Of a stretch of 64,000 nucleotides of DNA, positions 38,403-50,401 are shown piece after piece. Source of the stretch: Takakia lepidozioides (taxonomy: Eukaryota > Plantae > Bryophyta); assembly GCA_030704615.1 (NCBI GenBank), contig CM060733.1, positions 46,686,001-46,750,000 on the forward strand, read 5' to 3'. Every line of letters starts with the position of its first letter. The first letter of the stretch is position 1. The notes below the pieces were generated by a model, which saw only the letters and a list, made by a program, of their open reading frames with translations, searched no databases and was not told the DNA's origin. The translations under genes were made by a program, and so were the position numbers.

Positions 38403-39121
38403 CCCCCCCTCCACCTGGACACACACCGCCTTCAAAGTTGTTTTGGACTCAATTTTTTGGGTTCATTGTTTTTGGAGAAATTTTTTTGCGATTTTGTTTT
38501 GTCTTCCACTTCTCATGTTCTATCCTCCTCCCTCCTCTGCAGCCCCACCCCCATCAAAAGAGTCCATAGGTAACTCAAATTTAAACCTGTATGTAATTGC
38601 CTTGTAACTTCAGCAGTTTCCTTCAAGATCCCTCAAAGTACGTACTGCCAGGATCAGCCTACAAATCTGAAATTCAAGACACACTCGAGATGCAATTGCT
38701 CCACGTCAAACAAAAACGAAGTCATGGTTCATCCATTTCGCTCATTTCTCATCCAATAGTCATCCACCATTCATCTTTTCCACTTTTCATTCATCCGTCG
38801 GCTTTTTCATCGCACATTCATACCATACCGTCGTCATGGAGCTTGGATTGTCCCGGTGGATGGGGTGTGTATGAGTCCGTGCATTGTAGTTTTTGTCCAC
38901 GGCAATAGGCTCTCTTCTTCCCTCGGTTGTAGGCTCTCATTCACTAATCTGCTCACGCTTTAGGGATTCTGCTCACGTTTTCCACTTTAAGCGTGAGCGT
39001 GCTCACGTGAGCTGCTTGCACGGTAGCTGCCCTCCAAGATTTCAAGGATGTCTTCGAGAAGAAAAATGCTGACATGTTGCCAGAACATCGACCTTATAAT
39101 AGTGCAATTGAATTTCAAGAA

Positions 39122-39878
39122 GGCCAACTTGGAGCTTCGGCTGCTCACCGGGACATAACGGTCCCCCTTCGCTCTCCCAAAAGACCCTCCACCAATTTGG
39201 GCCTAGTGGGAATTCCCTTTGGTAGATGGCAGTCCGGAACAGCTCCCCACTCTTTGGTTGCTTTCCGGCTTGCTCGCTTACTCACTATTTTTTGGTCACC
39301 AACGGGCTTGCACCGTTCTCGGGGTTACTACTCCCCTTTATATACTTCTGTAACTGTCCGCGGGGGTTTCACAAACAACCATGCCTTTTTATGGCGAACC
39401 ACCACGAAGACCCTCGACTCCCGGTGATGAGTCGCGGTGAGTCTTGGCCCACTCACCACGGCCCCATTGGACCGTGATGAGTCCCAAGACTCCCCACGAC
39501 TCCCTCCTCGAGGTCTCCACCCCATGGTGAGTCTTATGCCACCCCTACTAAGTCCCGCTAAGCTACCACCACCCCTTGTGGAGCCACCCCCACCGCAACC
39601 CGGTGTGCGAGGCTCCACCTAGTGAGCGCCTCCGCCTCCTTGAGTGCCTTGGGCACTCAAGGGTGCTTCAGCCCCCGCACCTATCGCTGCTACTGCCCCC
39701 ACCACAGGGGCAGCCCCTCCCATGTCCCGACCCCCTGCCCTCAAGGCAAAGGGCCGCAACAGTGCGGGGCTCCACCTAGTGAGCGCCTCCCCCTCCTTGA
39801 GTGCCTTGGGCACAAAACTGGCGGGGTCTATGGACACAAGGCTACGGCGTCTTATGAGTACATTCTCTCTCTCTCTCT
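39122..39878 (+). mobile_element. Non-autonomous SINE-like or internally deleted LINE derivative inserted in Ty3 pol
   Basis: Interrupts pol between FQEG and PFGPIY; body homologous to 50402-51031 (opposite strand); ends in the shared LINE tail GGGGTCTATGGACACAAGGCTACGGCGTCTTATGAGTACATT(CT)n. Confidence 0.8.
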
Positions 39879-40360
39879 ACCATTCGGCCCGATCTACAAT
39901 TTATCTCAGATGGAGCTAGATGCTTTACGCGAATACATTGATGAAAATTTGTCAAAAAATTTCATTCGACATTCGAAATCACCCGCGGGAGTACCTATCT
40001 TATTTGTAAAGAAGAAGTACGGACGTTACGCATGTGTGTGGACTATCGTGGGCTCAACAAAGTCATTATAAAAAATCGTTACCCACTACCGCTGATTTTC
40101 GGACTCCTCGAACAATTTGGACGAGCAAATTTTTTCACATAGATCGACTTGAGAGGAGCTTCCAACCTTGTACGAATAAAAGAAGGAGACGAATGGAAGA
40201 CTGCTTTTCGCACAAGGTACGGACATTTTGAATACAATGTTATGCTTTTCGGTCTTACAAATGCTCCAGCAATTTTCAACACATGATTAATGACATTTTT
40301 CGAGAATTTTTAGATGACATTGTAATCATTTATTTGGACGACATTTTGATTTTCACAGAA

Positions 40361-43300
40361 TAACACCATTTTAACTAATTTTGGACTTCCCCTTATACGA
40401 TGGGAGCGTTCACAGCCGATTGACCGCCACATTGATGTTGCTCAATTGCTGCGCCACTCATAGATGTACCAACGCATTTGTGGATGAGTTATTTTCATTG
40501 TTGAGGCTGGAGATTTTTCCCAAACAGAACACCTTGCCCAAATCGCAGTATGAGGCCAAAAATATGATCGCCATCATGGGTCTAGGATACAAACAGATCC
40601 ATGCCTGTGAGCGTGGATGTGTATTGTTTCATGGAGACCTCGAAAAGGCTGCAAATTGCCCCAAGTGCCACAGTCCCCAATACATGAACGGCCGTGGGAA
40701 GGTGCCCAAGAAGGTGTTGCGACACTTTCCTCTCATACCTAGATTGAAATGGATGTTCCGAGCTAAGACGCTCGCAGAGCTCATGAAGTGGCACAACAAT
40801 CATAGAAGTGCAGATGGCATGGTCCGGCATGCTGTAGACAGTAAGGCTTGGTGCCATATTGACAACACATGGCCGGATTTTGCTTCAGATCCAAGAAATC
40901 TGCGTCTTGGATTGGCACTGGATGGGGTCAATCCTTATGGCACAAAATCCGCTTCTTGGTCCACCTGGCCCATCATGGTGCTCAATTATAATTTGCCTCC
41001 ATGGTTGGTAACGAAGAATTTTTTTGTCATGTTAACACTCCTCATTCCTGGAAAGGAATCTGTGACAAGTGAAAATGTGGATGTTTACCTGCAACCACTT
41101 GTGGAGGAGCTAGCGACATTGTGGGTGGGAGTTGCAGCCGTGGATGTGGCAGCCATTGAAGGAGAGCCGGCATTTACCATGCGTGCAGTCCTCATGGTCC
41201 ATACATGACTTCCCCACCTATGGCTTGTTATCAGGTCAGGTTCTCCAAGGGTACATTGCTTGTCCAGCATGTGGACCTCAAGTCGATTCCAGATATTCCC
41301 CAGCTTACAAGAAATTGATATTCCAGGGGCATCGACGCTATCTTCCCCACAATCATGCCTATAGAAGATCCAGACTTTTTAATGGGGCGCGAGACATGAG
41401 ACCTGCTCCACATACAGTGACAGCCACCGAAATCAAGGACCGTGCACGACATTACAAACAATGGATTGATGATGGTGGGACTATAGGCGCACAGAACGAT
41501 CCCTCCAGGCTCCATGGCGTTAAACGACTGTCCATTTTGTTTGACTTGCCTTACTGGGAGATGCGATTACCACACCTGTGTTTTGGGAACATAACAGTGC
41601 ATTGGTTTTCATTGTGCATGATTGTTTGTCTACTGAACCTGTGCTATTAACATCATTCATGACTGCATTGCAATGTACCTCATTTGTTAGACCACATGGT
41701 GCAACATCTTCTCATCCGCCACACTTTTGATACCATGCATTGCGAGAAGAACGTGACGGAGAACATAATCAAGACTCTTTTTGGCGAAAAGGACACGATG
41801 AAAGTTTGCCGCAATCTGGAATTGCAGGGCATTCGAAAGCCTCTTTGGTTACGACGCCATCCCAGCAGAGTGGATACATTGGTAATGCCTGATGCGCCAT
41901 ATGTGCTCACAAAACCAGAGTAGCGGGTGTTCTTGGAGATTATCACGAATGTGAAAGTACCCACTGGCTATGCCTCTGCTTTCAAAAAGCATGTGGTCAA
42001 ACAAAAGTTGAGCCAATTGAAGTCACATGAGTATCATGTGCTCGTGCAACAAATCCTCCCACTTGCTCTACGTGGGTTGATGGCGCCTGGGGTTCGCAAT
42101 GCCATACTAAGAGTGTCTCGTGTCTTTCGCAAGCTTTGTGCAAAATTCATTGATCCCACCGAGCATGAGGAATTGAAGAAGGAGGTGGCAGTGACTCTTT
42201 GTCTTCTGGAGAAAGAGTTCCCACCCTCCTTTTTTGATGTTATGACACATTTACTTATCCACTTGGTGGATGAGCTGGATTTGTGTGGACCTGTAGCTTC
42301 TCGGTGGATGTACCCGGTGGAGAGAGCAATGAAGGATTTTAAAGGGTATGTGTAAAACTTGGCGAAGCCTGAGGGCAGTATGGCGGAGGGTTACGTGTTT
42401 GACGAGGCATTGGGATTTTGTACAGAGTACTTGTCTTCTGTTGATGCTACTAGGCGGAGAGTGTGGGATGCAAGAGAGGAGGAATCAGTGTCGGGCTGGG
42501 TGTTGGAAGGAGTTGGTCGACCACGGAGGTGGACCCTCAAATTGTTGCAGCTTGTCCACGACTACGTCATTCACAACCATCCCAGTTTGAGCATTATGTT
42601 GGGGTAAGTGGCAAACGTGAGTGCATGTCACAGCTTCTGGCACCTGCTATGTGTTCCCCATGCCTTGTATAGGTGTGTGTGCAGTAGTGCTTCCATCGGC
42701 TGCAGGGGTTGCACTAGATAAAGTGATGTGGTTGTGCGTGTGTTGGCAGGTCCTATGAGGTGGAGAAATCCAAGTTGGAGACTGAAAATGTTGCTAACCA
42801 GAACAGGATCCGCGCTCTCCCTCACTTTGCAGAATGGCTGGTAACAGCAGTCCGCCAGCATGTGTCAAGTGTTGCCAACCATGCTACTGATTCAGCCTGC
42901 AAGGAATTGTTGGACATGTCCAAACCCCCATTATTAATCACAACATCATACAAGAGCATGTCGGCTTATGGAAACCACTTCAAGGTTACTTCAGATGGAC
43001 TCAATGGCCCCTTTGTGACATATGACTCGGGGGTCTCTACTGTTTTCCAGCATGACTGTACTTGCATTTCAGGTGAGCAGGTGGTGGAAAGTGTACGATA
43101 TGTGGGTGTCATAAAGGAGATTTTAGAATTGGATTATGGCTCCACACACACCACGGTGCTATTGTGTTCATGGGTACGTGCATGACGTGTGGGCTCTCAG
43201 CCTGTGTCAATGAAGCAGGATGACTTTGGCTTCACATTGGTGAATTTCTCCCACTTGTTGCCTCCACTTGAACAGCCTTTTGTGCTCCCATCACAGGTCT

Positions 43301-43629
43301 AGCAAGTTTTTTTCTCTGAGTGTGTGAATGAACCGAGATGGAACGTGGTGCTGGAAAAAAACCCCAGGTCACGCAGGGCTGTTTGTGATGTGAGCATTTG
43401 CAACGATGATATTGCAAGTGTATCAGGCCTCTTAGCCCCCAATCACATTGAAGAGACCAATGTTGCTGGTGATAGGGTGGGCCAGACCATCCAATTGACA
43501 CCTGAAGAGGTTGCTTCACTTTACAGAGACGTGCAATCTGAGGAAGCACATCCATGTCCCACGGAGGATAGTTGCGATGGAGATTCAGAGTCCAGTGATG
43601 AGGAGTTGGTTGATGTGGACGTGTACTAG
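40361..43629 (+). pseudogene. CACTA/En-Spm TnpD-like transposase remnant (5' truncated)
   Basis: YKQIHAC..C..C..KVLRHFPLIPRL, DPRNLRLGLALDGVNPY, YNLPPW, DVYLQPLVEEL, HDFPTYG, DTMHCEKN, KSHEYHV, FPPSFFDVMTHLLIHLV, RWMYPVER, PEGSMAEGY, TYDSGV, YVGVIKEILELDY; stops and frameshifts. Confidence 0.9.
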
Positions 43630-44749
43630 TACCTGGAATGAGGTATGACTTTTCCCCCCAACTGCCTTTCTCTATCTCAAGTATATGAAGGGTGCTAATG
43701 GGCAAAATTCAACATGTAATCCTGGTTGATTCATGAATAATGTGGGCTTCGTAAGACTGGCACTAAGGGTTGCCCTTGGGGGTGTCCTTTTTGCAGGGTG
43801 TTGGAGGTGTCCAACTTACATGGCGTGTATGTCTGGCAACGTGACATGACATTTATGTCACTATAGACTTTTGAATGGCATGCAGATTTACACATCAGTT
43901 CTGCCTTTGGGTACATTGTTGACAGAATGGAACAATGACAAAGTGCATGTGCCTTCCAGTTTACATTACATTATTGCCCCAGTGATTTTGTGGGTCTTAT
44001 ATTGGGCAGGCTCGTGTTTATAGACCATTGAATACCAGTGGAGTGCTTTTAAGATTGGTCCCTACATGTTTGCATTTTTCCCCAAAAGAATCCGGCAATC
44101 TACGTAGATGATGCTCTGGCTGGTTGAATGGGTTCTTTGCGCAGATGCATTTTATGGGCAGTTTCTCTCATGCCCCAGATATAACACCATGTGACTCACT
44201 TGTAGAGTCCCCCATCTATGAATGGCTCAAGCAGGGTGCAGTACATTCAGCAATACAATGTTGCTGCCCTGCAGGTGTTCCATGCCTTGCACCACATCAT
44301 TATTCACTGATGTCATCCTGTTGCTGTTCTAGCTTGGGGCAGGTCATTGGGGATATATACATTAGAGAGAACAACATGAGCTGTTATCTCAGTTGTTTTA
44401 TCATAGAAGAAGCTGAATTCATGGGCTCTCCCATTCTTAGAACACCCCCCATGGCAAACTTAATATAATTTTATCAATCAAACCCAATGGAATGTATGGC
44501 AATTGCAATAGCACGACACCTATTGTAGCCTTCGACCAGTTTGTACTGGTAGAGCAGCCCCTACCACCACCGGCTCCATGTGTAAATGGTTATATGTCAA
44601 TGTTCACTGTGGAACCTAGCATGGATACACGAAAATCTGCAAGCTTAATTTTGTTTTCAAGAGATCTCCCTGGAATGTATGACATAAGCGATTGAGAGGA
44701 ACCCGGCCTTCTACTATGAGGCTCACCTTCGCAAGAGTACTTGACAACG

Positions 44750-47295
44750 AGACTAGTACTTCCCCGCCTCCCCAAGACCCCTCCAGAATCGGCAAGGGTT
44801 GTAACAGCCCCGCTTGCTTTTTGTACTCGCTCCGGTTTTGTTGGCATGTGGTGCATGTCTTGACATACTTAGTTTGGGCCAGAAATACTCTTTCTTCAAG
44901 AGTGCCACGGTGAGCTTGGCTCCGCCGTAGCCCGCAAGCGGGCCATCATGACATTCTCTCAAAAGACTATCTCTGATCCCTCCCTTCGGCACGTAGAGAC
45001 GCTTTTGCTTGTACCGGAGCAATCCATTGTGCAAGTGGAACTTTCGGGACCGAAGTCGGAGGCTCCCAGTCCAAGATCGCCCTCACCTTTCTGTCATCCA
45101 TTTTGATCCCATCCTGTGTAATCACATGCCCTAGGAACTCCACTTTTGTGACCCCGAATTCGCACTTTGAAGCTTCGGCATACAGCTTCCCTTCCCGCAA
45201 TTTCTGGAACACCCTTTTGAGGTGCTCCAAGTGCTCTTCCTTTGTTTTCGAGTACACCAAGATGTCGTCGATGTACACGATCACAAAGTAATCCAACCAC
45301 TCCTGGAAAAGGCTGTTCATTAGCGTGCTAAAGGTCGCGGGTGCGTTGATGAGCCCAAAAGGCATCACCAAGAACTCATATGAACCATATCTTGTCCTGC
45401 ACGCGGTCTTCTCCTCATCTCCTTCCGCCACTCGGATTTGATGGTAGCCGGTGCGCAAATCAATCCGGCTGAAATACTTTGCTCCTGCCAACCGATCGAA
45501 GAGGTCGTCGATCCTTGGCAAAGGGTACCGGTTTTTTATAGTCACCTTATTCAGAGCCCTGTAATCGACACACATCCACAACGTCATATCCTTCTTGTCT
45601 GCGAATAGCACCGAGGCTCCGTAGGGTGACTTACTCGGCCGGATGTACCCCTTTGACATTAGATCCTTGAGCTGAGCCTTCAGCTCGACCAACTCTCTAT
45701 GGCTCAACCGGTAGGGCGCCTTGGCAGGCAGCTCCGATCTCGGTATCACCTCTATCTTGTGGTCAACTCCTCTTCACGGTGGCAAGCCGTTTGGTAAATC
45801 CTCCGGCATCACATCCTGGTATTTCTCCAAGATCCCCTTGATCCAATCTGGGCTCGGCTACCTATCGACTTCTCCTTCCACTTGTTTTACGTAAAGCAAA
45901 AACTGGGGCTCATGTGGCTTCTCCACGGCCCACTCTTTTGCTGACAGCAGGTTTATTCGCCCTCCCACTCGGTTGGGTGTTTCTGACACCTGTAACACTT
46001 CGCCACCATTTCCACACGGTAGCGTGACTATTCTCTTGCGGCCATCTATGACTGCTCCAGATTTGCTCAAAAAGGTCATCCCCAAAATGAAATCCACTCC
46101 ATCGATCTCGCAAATGGTGAAGTTCTCACGTCCCTCCCAACTCCCTAGCTGAAGAGCCACCCTCGTCACCAGTTGTGGTTCTCCTTTGCCATAACACACT
46201 TCAATAGAGGCCCCCACATCACTTGTCGGGAGCCCCAGCTTCCGTGCCGTTGCCGGTATTATGAAGGAGTGCGACGCTTCTGTGTCCACCAACAACGACA
46301 CGTTAGTTCCGGAAATTATCCCACTCACGAACATTAATTGACTCCTTTTACGCAAGGGGCCATTCCCCTGATACAACTCACAAGAGTAGTTGTCTACCTT
46401 GCAAGTCTTGGCAACCACCGCTTCCACCAAGCGGCTGATGGAATCTTCAGACAGCTCCGTGGTCGCCCGAGTCATGTTCAATTGTCGGGGTTTTGCGCAT
46501 TTCATGGCCATGTGCCCGGGCTCCCCGCAATTAAAACACACTCCATCGAAGGTTGCATTCTGTCCGCCATAAGCTGCCGCACCTGATTTTTCTTTCGGAG
46601 CACCGAGTATTGCCTTGACGTGTGAAGGCCCTCCCTTCGATTTCCATGTGCCATTGTCGCCGCGTGGCCTATCCCACTTCTTTTCCGGTCAGAAGGAGTC
46701 ACCCTCCCGCCGGATCTTCTTGAGGTTCAGCTCCGTACGACCTTGTCTTTCGCACCTAGGGACATCCAAGAAACATTCAGCCCTCTCAATTGCCTCGTTC
46801 AAAGTCTTAGGTGGCTTCTCCTCCAACTTCCGTCTGGCCCATGGGGCCAGTCCCGCCACAAAGTTGAAGACCATTTCTGGTTCTGCCATAGCCGCAACTT
46901 CGAGCAACAGCACATTGAAAGCCTAAACATATCCCCGAATGTCATCCGTTTGCTTCAAATTCCTCATCTTGTCCCGGGCGAGCCAAGACGCGTTGAGAGG
47001 CACAAACTGTCTTTTCATAAGTTACTTGAACCCACTCCAGATCAAGGTTTCTAGGTTTGGACCTTGGTCATGAAGGCATTTCTCCCACCATTGTTGAGCA
47101 TAGCCCCTCAAATAGGTGGGAGCCACTTCCACCCGATCCTCGTCACTCAACTTGGCCGCTCAGAAGTATTGCTCTAGCTCCAAGAGCCAGATATTGAGTG
47201 CCTTCTGATTTCAGATGCCCTCAAAGGTGTCGGGTTCCTTAGGCTTCACCTTATACTTTGCCTTAGTGGAAGTGACATTAGCCGCCTTCAACACG
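44750..47295 (-). pseudogene. Ty3/gypsy element 2 fragment: gag, Zn knuckle, protease, RT, deletion, integrase Zn-binding region
   Basis: KPKEPDTFEG gag, [70 protein letters not shown]; RNase H missing. Confidence 0.9.
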
Positions 47296-50200
47296 TCTTG
47301 GTCAATCCCCCAGAATGTCGTCTTTTGTTTGTCAGCCTCTTTGATTGACAATTGGTGGTAACGAGATCGCAAGTCCAATGTGCTAAACACCTTTGCATGC
47401 CCAATAGCATCAAAGATCTCCTCCGGAGTTGGCATGGCATATCTATCGGACTTAGTCTGACGGTTCACAGGACGATAGTCCCCACACATCCTTCTTTCTG
47501 TCCAATTGCCATAGATATCCTTCTTAGCTGGTATCACCGTTGCCGAGGCATACTCCCTGCCTGACAACTCCACCAATCCAGCTTCGAACAACTCCATAGT
47601 CCGTGACTGGATCAAAGACCTCTCCATGTCACTATCCTTGTAGGGCCTTCAAAAAATTGGCGTATCACTTGCCAAATCAATACGAATCTCCTGGCCCTTC
47701 AAACTCCCCAAATTCTTCAAACTGAAGGCAAAGCAATTTCTATAAGCCCTTAGAAATCGCTGGATCCTCCGTCTCCCTCCTCTGGTGACTGTAGGTCCAA
47801 CATCCGGTTTCCAATTGTCCTCAGTGACTACAACCTTGGGTACACCGGGCTTGGAGGTAGGAGATGCATCATTTGGTTGCTAGATAGCAACCTCTTGGGC
47901 CTTGTTCGCCCACCCTGACCGTGGCGTAGCCTCCATTTGCTCTGCCATAACCACCTTGAGAACATCCTCTGGGGAAGAAACATTCTCAACCTCTTCAAAA
48001 ACATTGGCCACCTTGGCCTCCAATTGATCCTCAGTGTATGACTCTCTCCACTCCTCATACTGCTGCTTGAGAGATCCAATAACTCTCTCTTTGTGCATCT
48101 CATCCCACATCTGCCATGGGTGTTTGCAACCCACGATCATGTGTTCGCCCCCACTCACTGCCTCAACCGTCCCGGTTGGCGGGGAGGATGCACCATCCAA
48201 TGGAGTGGAGAAGTAGCTATCAAAGTTTGCAATCTCCGTTGCTCAGCCATGCACAAGCCAATTATCCATGTCAAGCAATTTAGATCCATTGTTTGACCCA
48301 ACACTTGGCGGCGTGATGCCTCTGACAGAGCTGGCACATCTGTAGTGCCGGTGGCAAATCCCATTGCCCACTCTCGCTCATCCACATTGGGCTCCACCAA
48401 TTGCTATAGCACACTGTCCCAAATCAACCCAGGACCATTGCCTCGGAAAGCATGAGACGAGGGAAAGCTCATGAGCGTAGGCAAGGCCGCACGTGGTTGC
48501 CCCACTCGATTGACCACTGCTAGAGGTGGACGATCATCATGTCGCACTCTCTGTGGTTGCCTCCCTTAGTCCAAAATGCCCTCAATTGTGAGATTGGGTG
48601 GCCGTTGAATGGAATCGTATGCTCTCTTGAGCAGCTCTGGTGGTGCAAGATTGATCCACCATAATCAAAGTCGATGCGCGCGTGATCCCACCGCTGCTGC
48701 ATCCAATAGCACCACCGATCCAATCCAAGACCGCACCTGATGCACACTGGCCATAACCCTGGTCTGAGAATCTCCCATAAGAGGAACATTCTCCAAGATA
48801 TAGCCTGGAGGTTGCACTTGCCTCGTCTGCAAGTCCCGCAACACTCGCAATATCTCCCAAAACAAATGCGATCGTGCATCATGCAAGCCATTCCCATGAC
48901 CTGCGGGAGAGTGTCCTTGGCAAGGCCATCCGGCTATCACACTAGAAAAAAAACGTGGAATAACCGCTCTATTAACCACTCATTATAAGTGGTAAAAGAC
49001 ACTAAACCACTCTGGCCCCAGAGTGATGAAAAACCAGTGGATTAGGACAAGTGAGTGGTAAAAGACATTACGTGGCACTAGTGGTTAATGACAGTGGTTC
49101 GAACCACTAACGTCCAGGTCCACCTGTTAGCTGACGTGTCACAGAGGTAAACTAACCACTTATGACGTGTCACAGTGGTAAAGTAATGACTTCCGTTTTG
49201 CAGTGGACACGTGTAAGCCGGTGGTCCGTGGATGATATTGGAGATTATGTTGACACGTGGCAACACTCTCAGCATGGACACGTGTCGTGTGTTAGTGCTA
49301 CGAAATGGATGGAGTGAAAAATTCAACGACTTCCGAAACCACTCGTTGAGTGATCACGAAATTACTCATATAGTCATTATATGAAAACTGAGAATATACA
49401 ATATCATTCACAGTGTGGTTATGTGAGTGGATGACGTCTCTCAACAGGTCATTGGAATGATTACCCACAAAGTGGTATATAAGCTGTTTGAGTCATCCAT
49501 GGTGTCTCTCTGAGTGGGAACTATGGATTGGAGTGATTACTAACAAAGTGGTGTGTAAGTGATTAGGAATACCACTGGAGGAATCCATACCACTAATACA
49601 GTAATATATAGGTGATTACTTATACCACTATATGAGTGGTAATGTGCGCAATTGTGTGCATTTGGCTACTCTCACAGTTTTAAATTATACCACTATTACA
49701 GTGATGTGCAAGTGATTAGGAACATGACTAGAGGAACACATACCACTAGTGTAGTGAAAGAAGTACCATTGGGGATTCAAGCTTCAATGAGGTGTCTTTA
49801 ACCACTCAAGATCAACGTGCACTGTCCCCGTCCACGTGGAATATTATATTTATGAATTAAAATATATTACCAAATAAATAATAATAAATAATAATAAATA
49901 ATAATAAATAAAAACAAATTATTACACGTGGACTATTGAGTGGTTGAAACCACTTCTCCAACCACTGTCTGTGATGCCACCGTGGCATTTCATCGGGATT
50001 AACCACTGACAAGTGGTTACTAGTGGTTTATAGAATGGAAAAAGACAGTAGTGGTTAAAAGGCCAGTGGTTATTCCGCGTTTTTCCTCTAGGTCACCAAG
50101 TCAATGACACCATGCCGTTCCAAATCATCCGCCCCCAGCAAGGTAATGTCTGCTGGCAAGGCCTTTTGATACCCTTGAATTGCTGAGAGAGGCAACAACT

Positions 50201-50401
50201 CAGGATACCGGTGTGTGAGCAAGGCGATGTGGCGCATAGAAATATGCCGAGCTATCTCATCCTTCTCCACGTACAAGTACTTGCGTACTTTAATCCCTGC
50301 TTGCAACACTTCTGCAAGCCCAGTGCTCATGCCTCCAAACAGGTCTAGCAAACAAATCCTTGAGTCAGGTGGTTGCCAAGGCTCCAAATCTACCTCTGTA
50401 A
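47296..50401 (-). pseudogene. Ty3/gypsy element 3 fragment: C5 cytosine DNA methyltransferase domain followed by RT N-terminus
   Basis: DNMT motifs I LLDLFGGMSTG, II YVEKD, IV IDLVIAGWPCQGHS (after removing the insertion), VI YILENV, VIII SRAHRL, IX-X EREWAMGF..RRQVLGQTMD; then a linker and RT FAFSL..PIF.RPY..RMCGDYRPVN..STLDLRSRYHQ..TTFW. Confidence 0.85.
48940..50092. mobile_element. 1.15-kb non-autonomous CACTA element
   Basis: TIR CACTAGAAAAAAAACGTGGAATAACC / GGTTATTCCGCGTTTTTCCTCTAG(G); 3-bp TSD TCA (48937-48939, 50093-50095); subterminal AACCACT/AGTGGTT repeats; internal (AAT)n. Confidence 0.9.

Larger units (their letters stand above)
25943..39034. mobile_element. 13.1-kb Mutator-like DNA transposon carrying a ParB-like/amino-methyltransferase cargo gene
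   Basis: Flanks CAAGATTTT (25934-25942) and CAAGATTTC (39035-39043) form a 9-bp TSD (8 exact); removing the element restores the Ty3 frame. Imperfect TIRs GGGGGATGCTATTGTGTGAGCAG / GAGGGCAGCTACCGTGCAAGCAG and subterminal GTGAGCAGA / TCTGCTCAC repeats at both ends. Confidence 0.88.
24311..40360 (+). pseudogene. Ty3/gypsy element 1 gag-pol, interrupted by two insertions (25943-39034 and ~39122-39878) and truncated inside RT
   Basis: gag (PEKFDG, DPMQID), Zn knuckle CLYCGEDDHLALNC, protease DSGAS (~25490). LPTQYQDF at ~25942 resumes as KDVFEKKNADMLPEHRPY at 39043; [28 protein letters not shown] at 39880-40355; several stops and frameshifts. Confidence 0.9.

Noticed and set aside
39420-39500. 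Hammerhead ribozyme in the SINE-like element (TGATGAG motifs)
   Set aside because: Reads GTGATGAG rather than CTGATGA and no paired GAAA core was found
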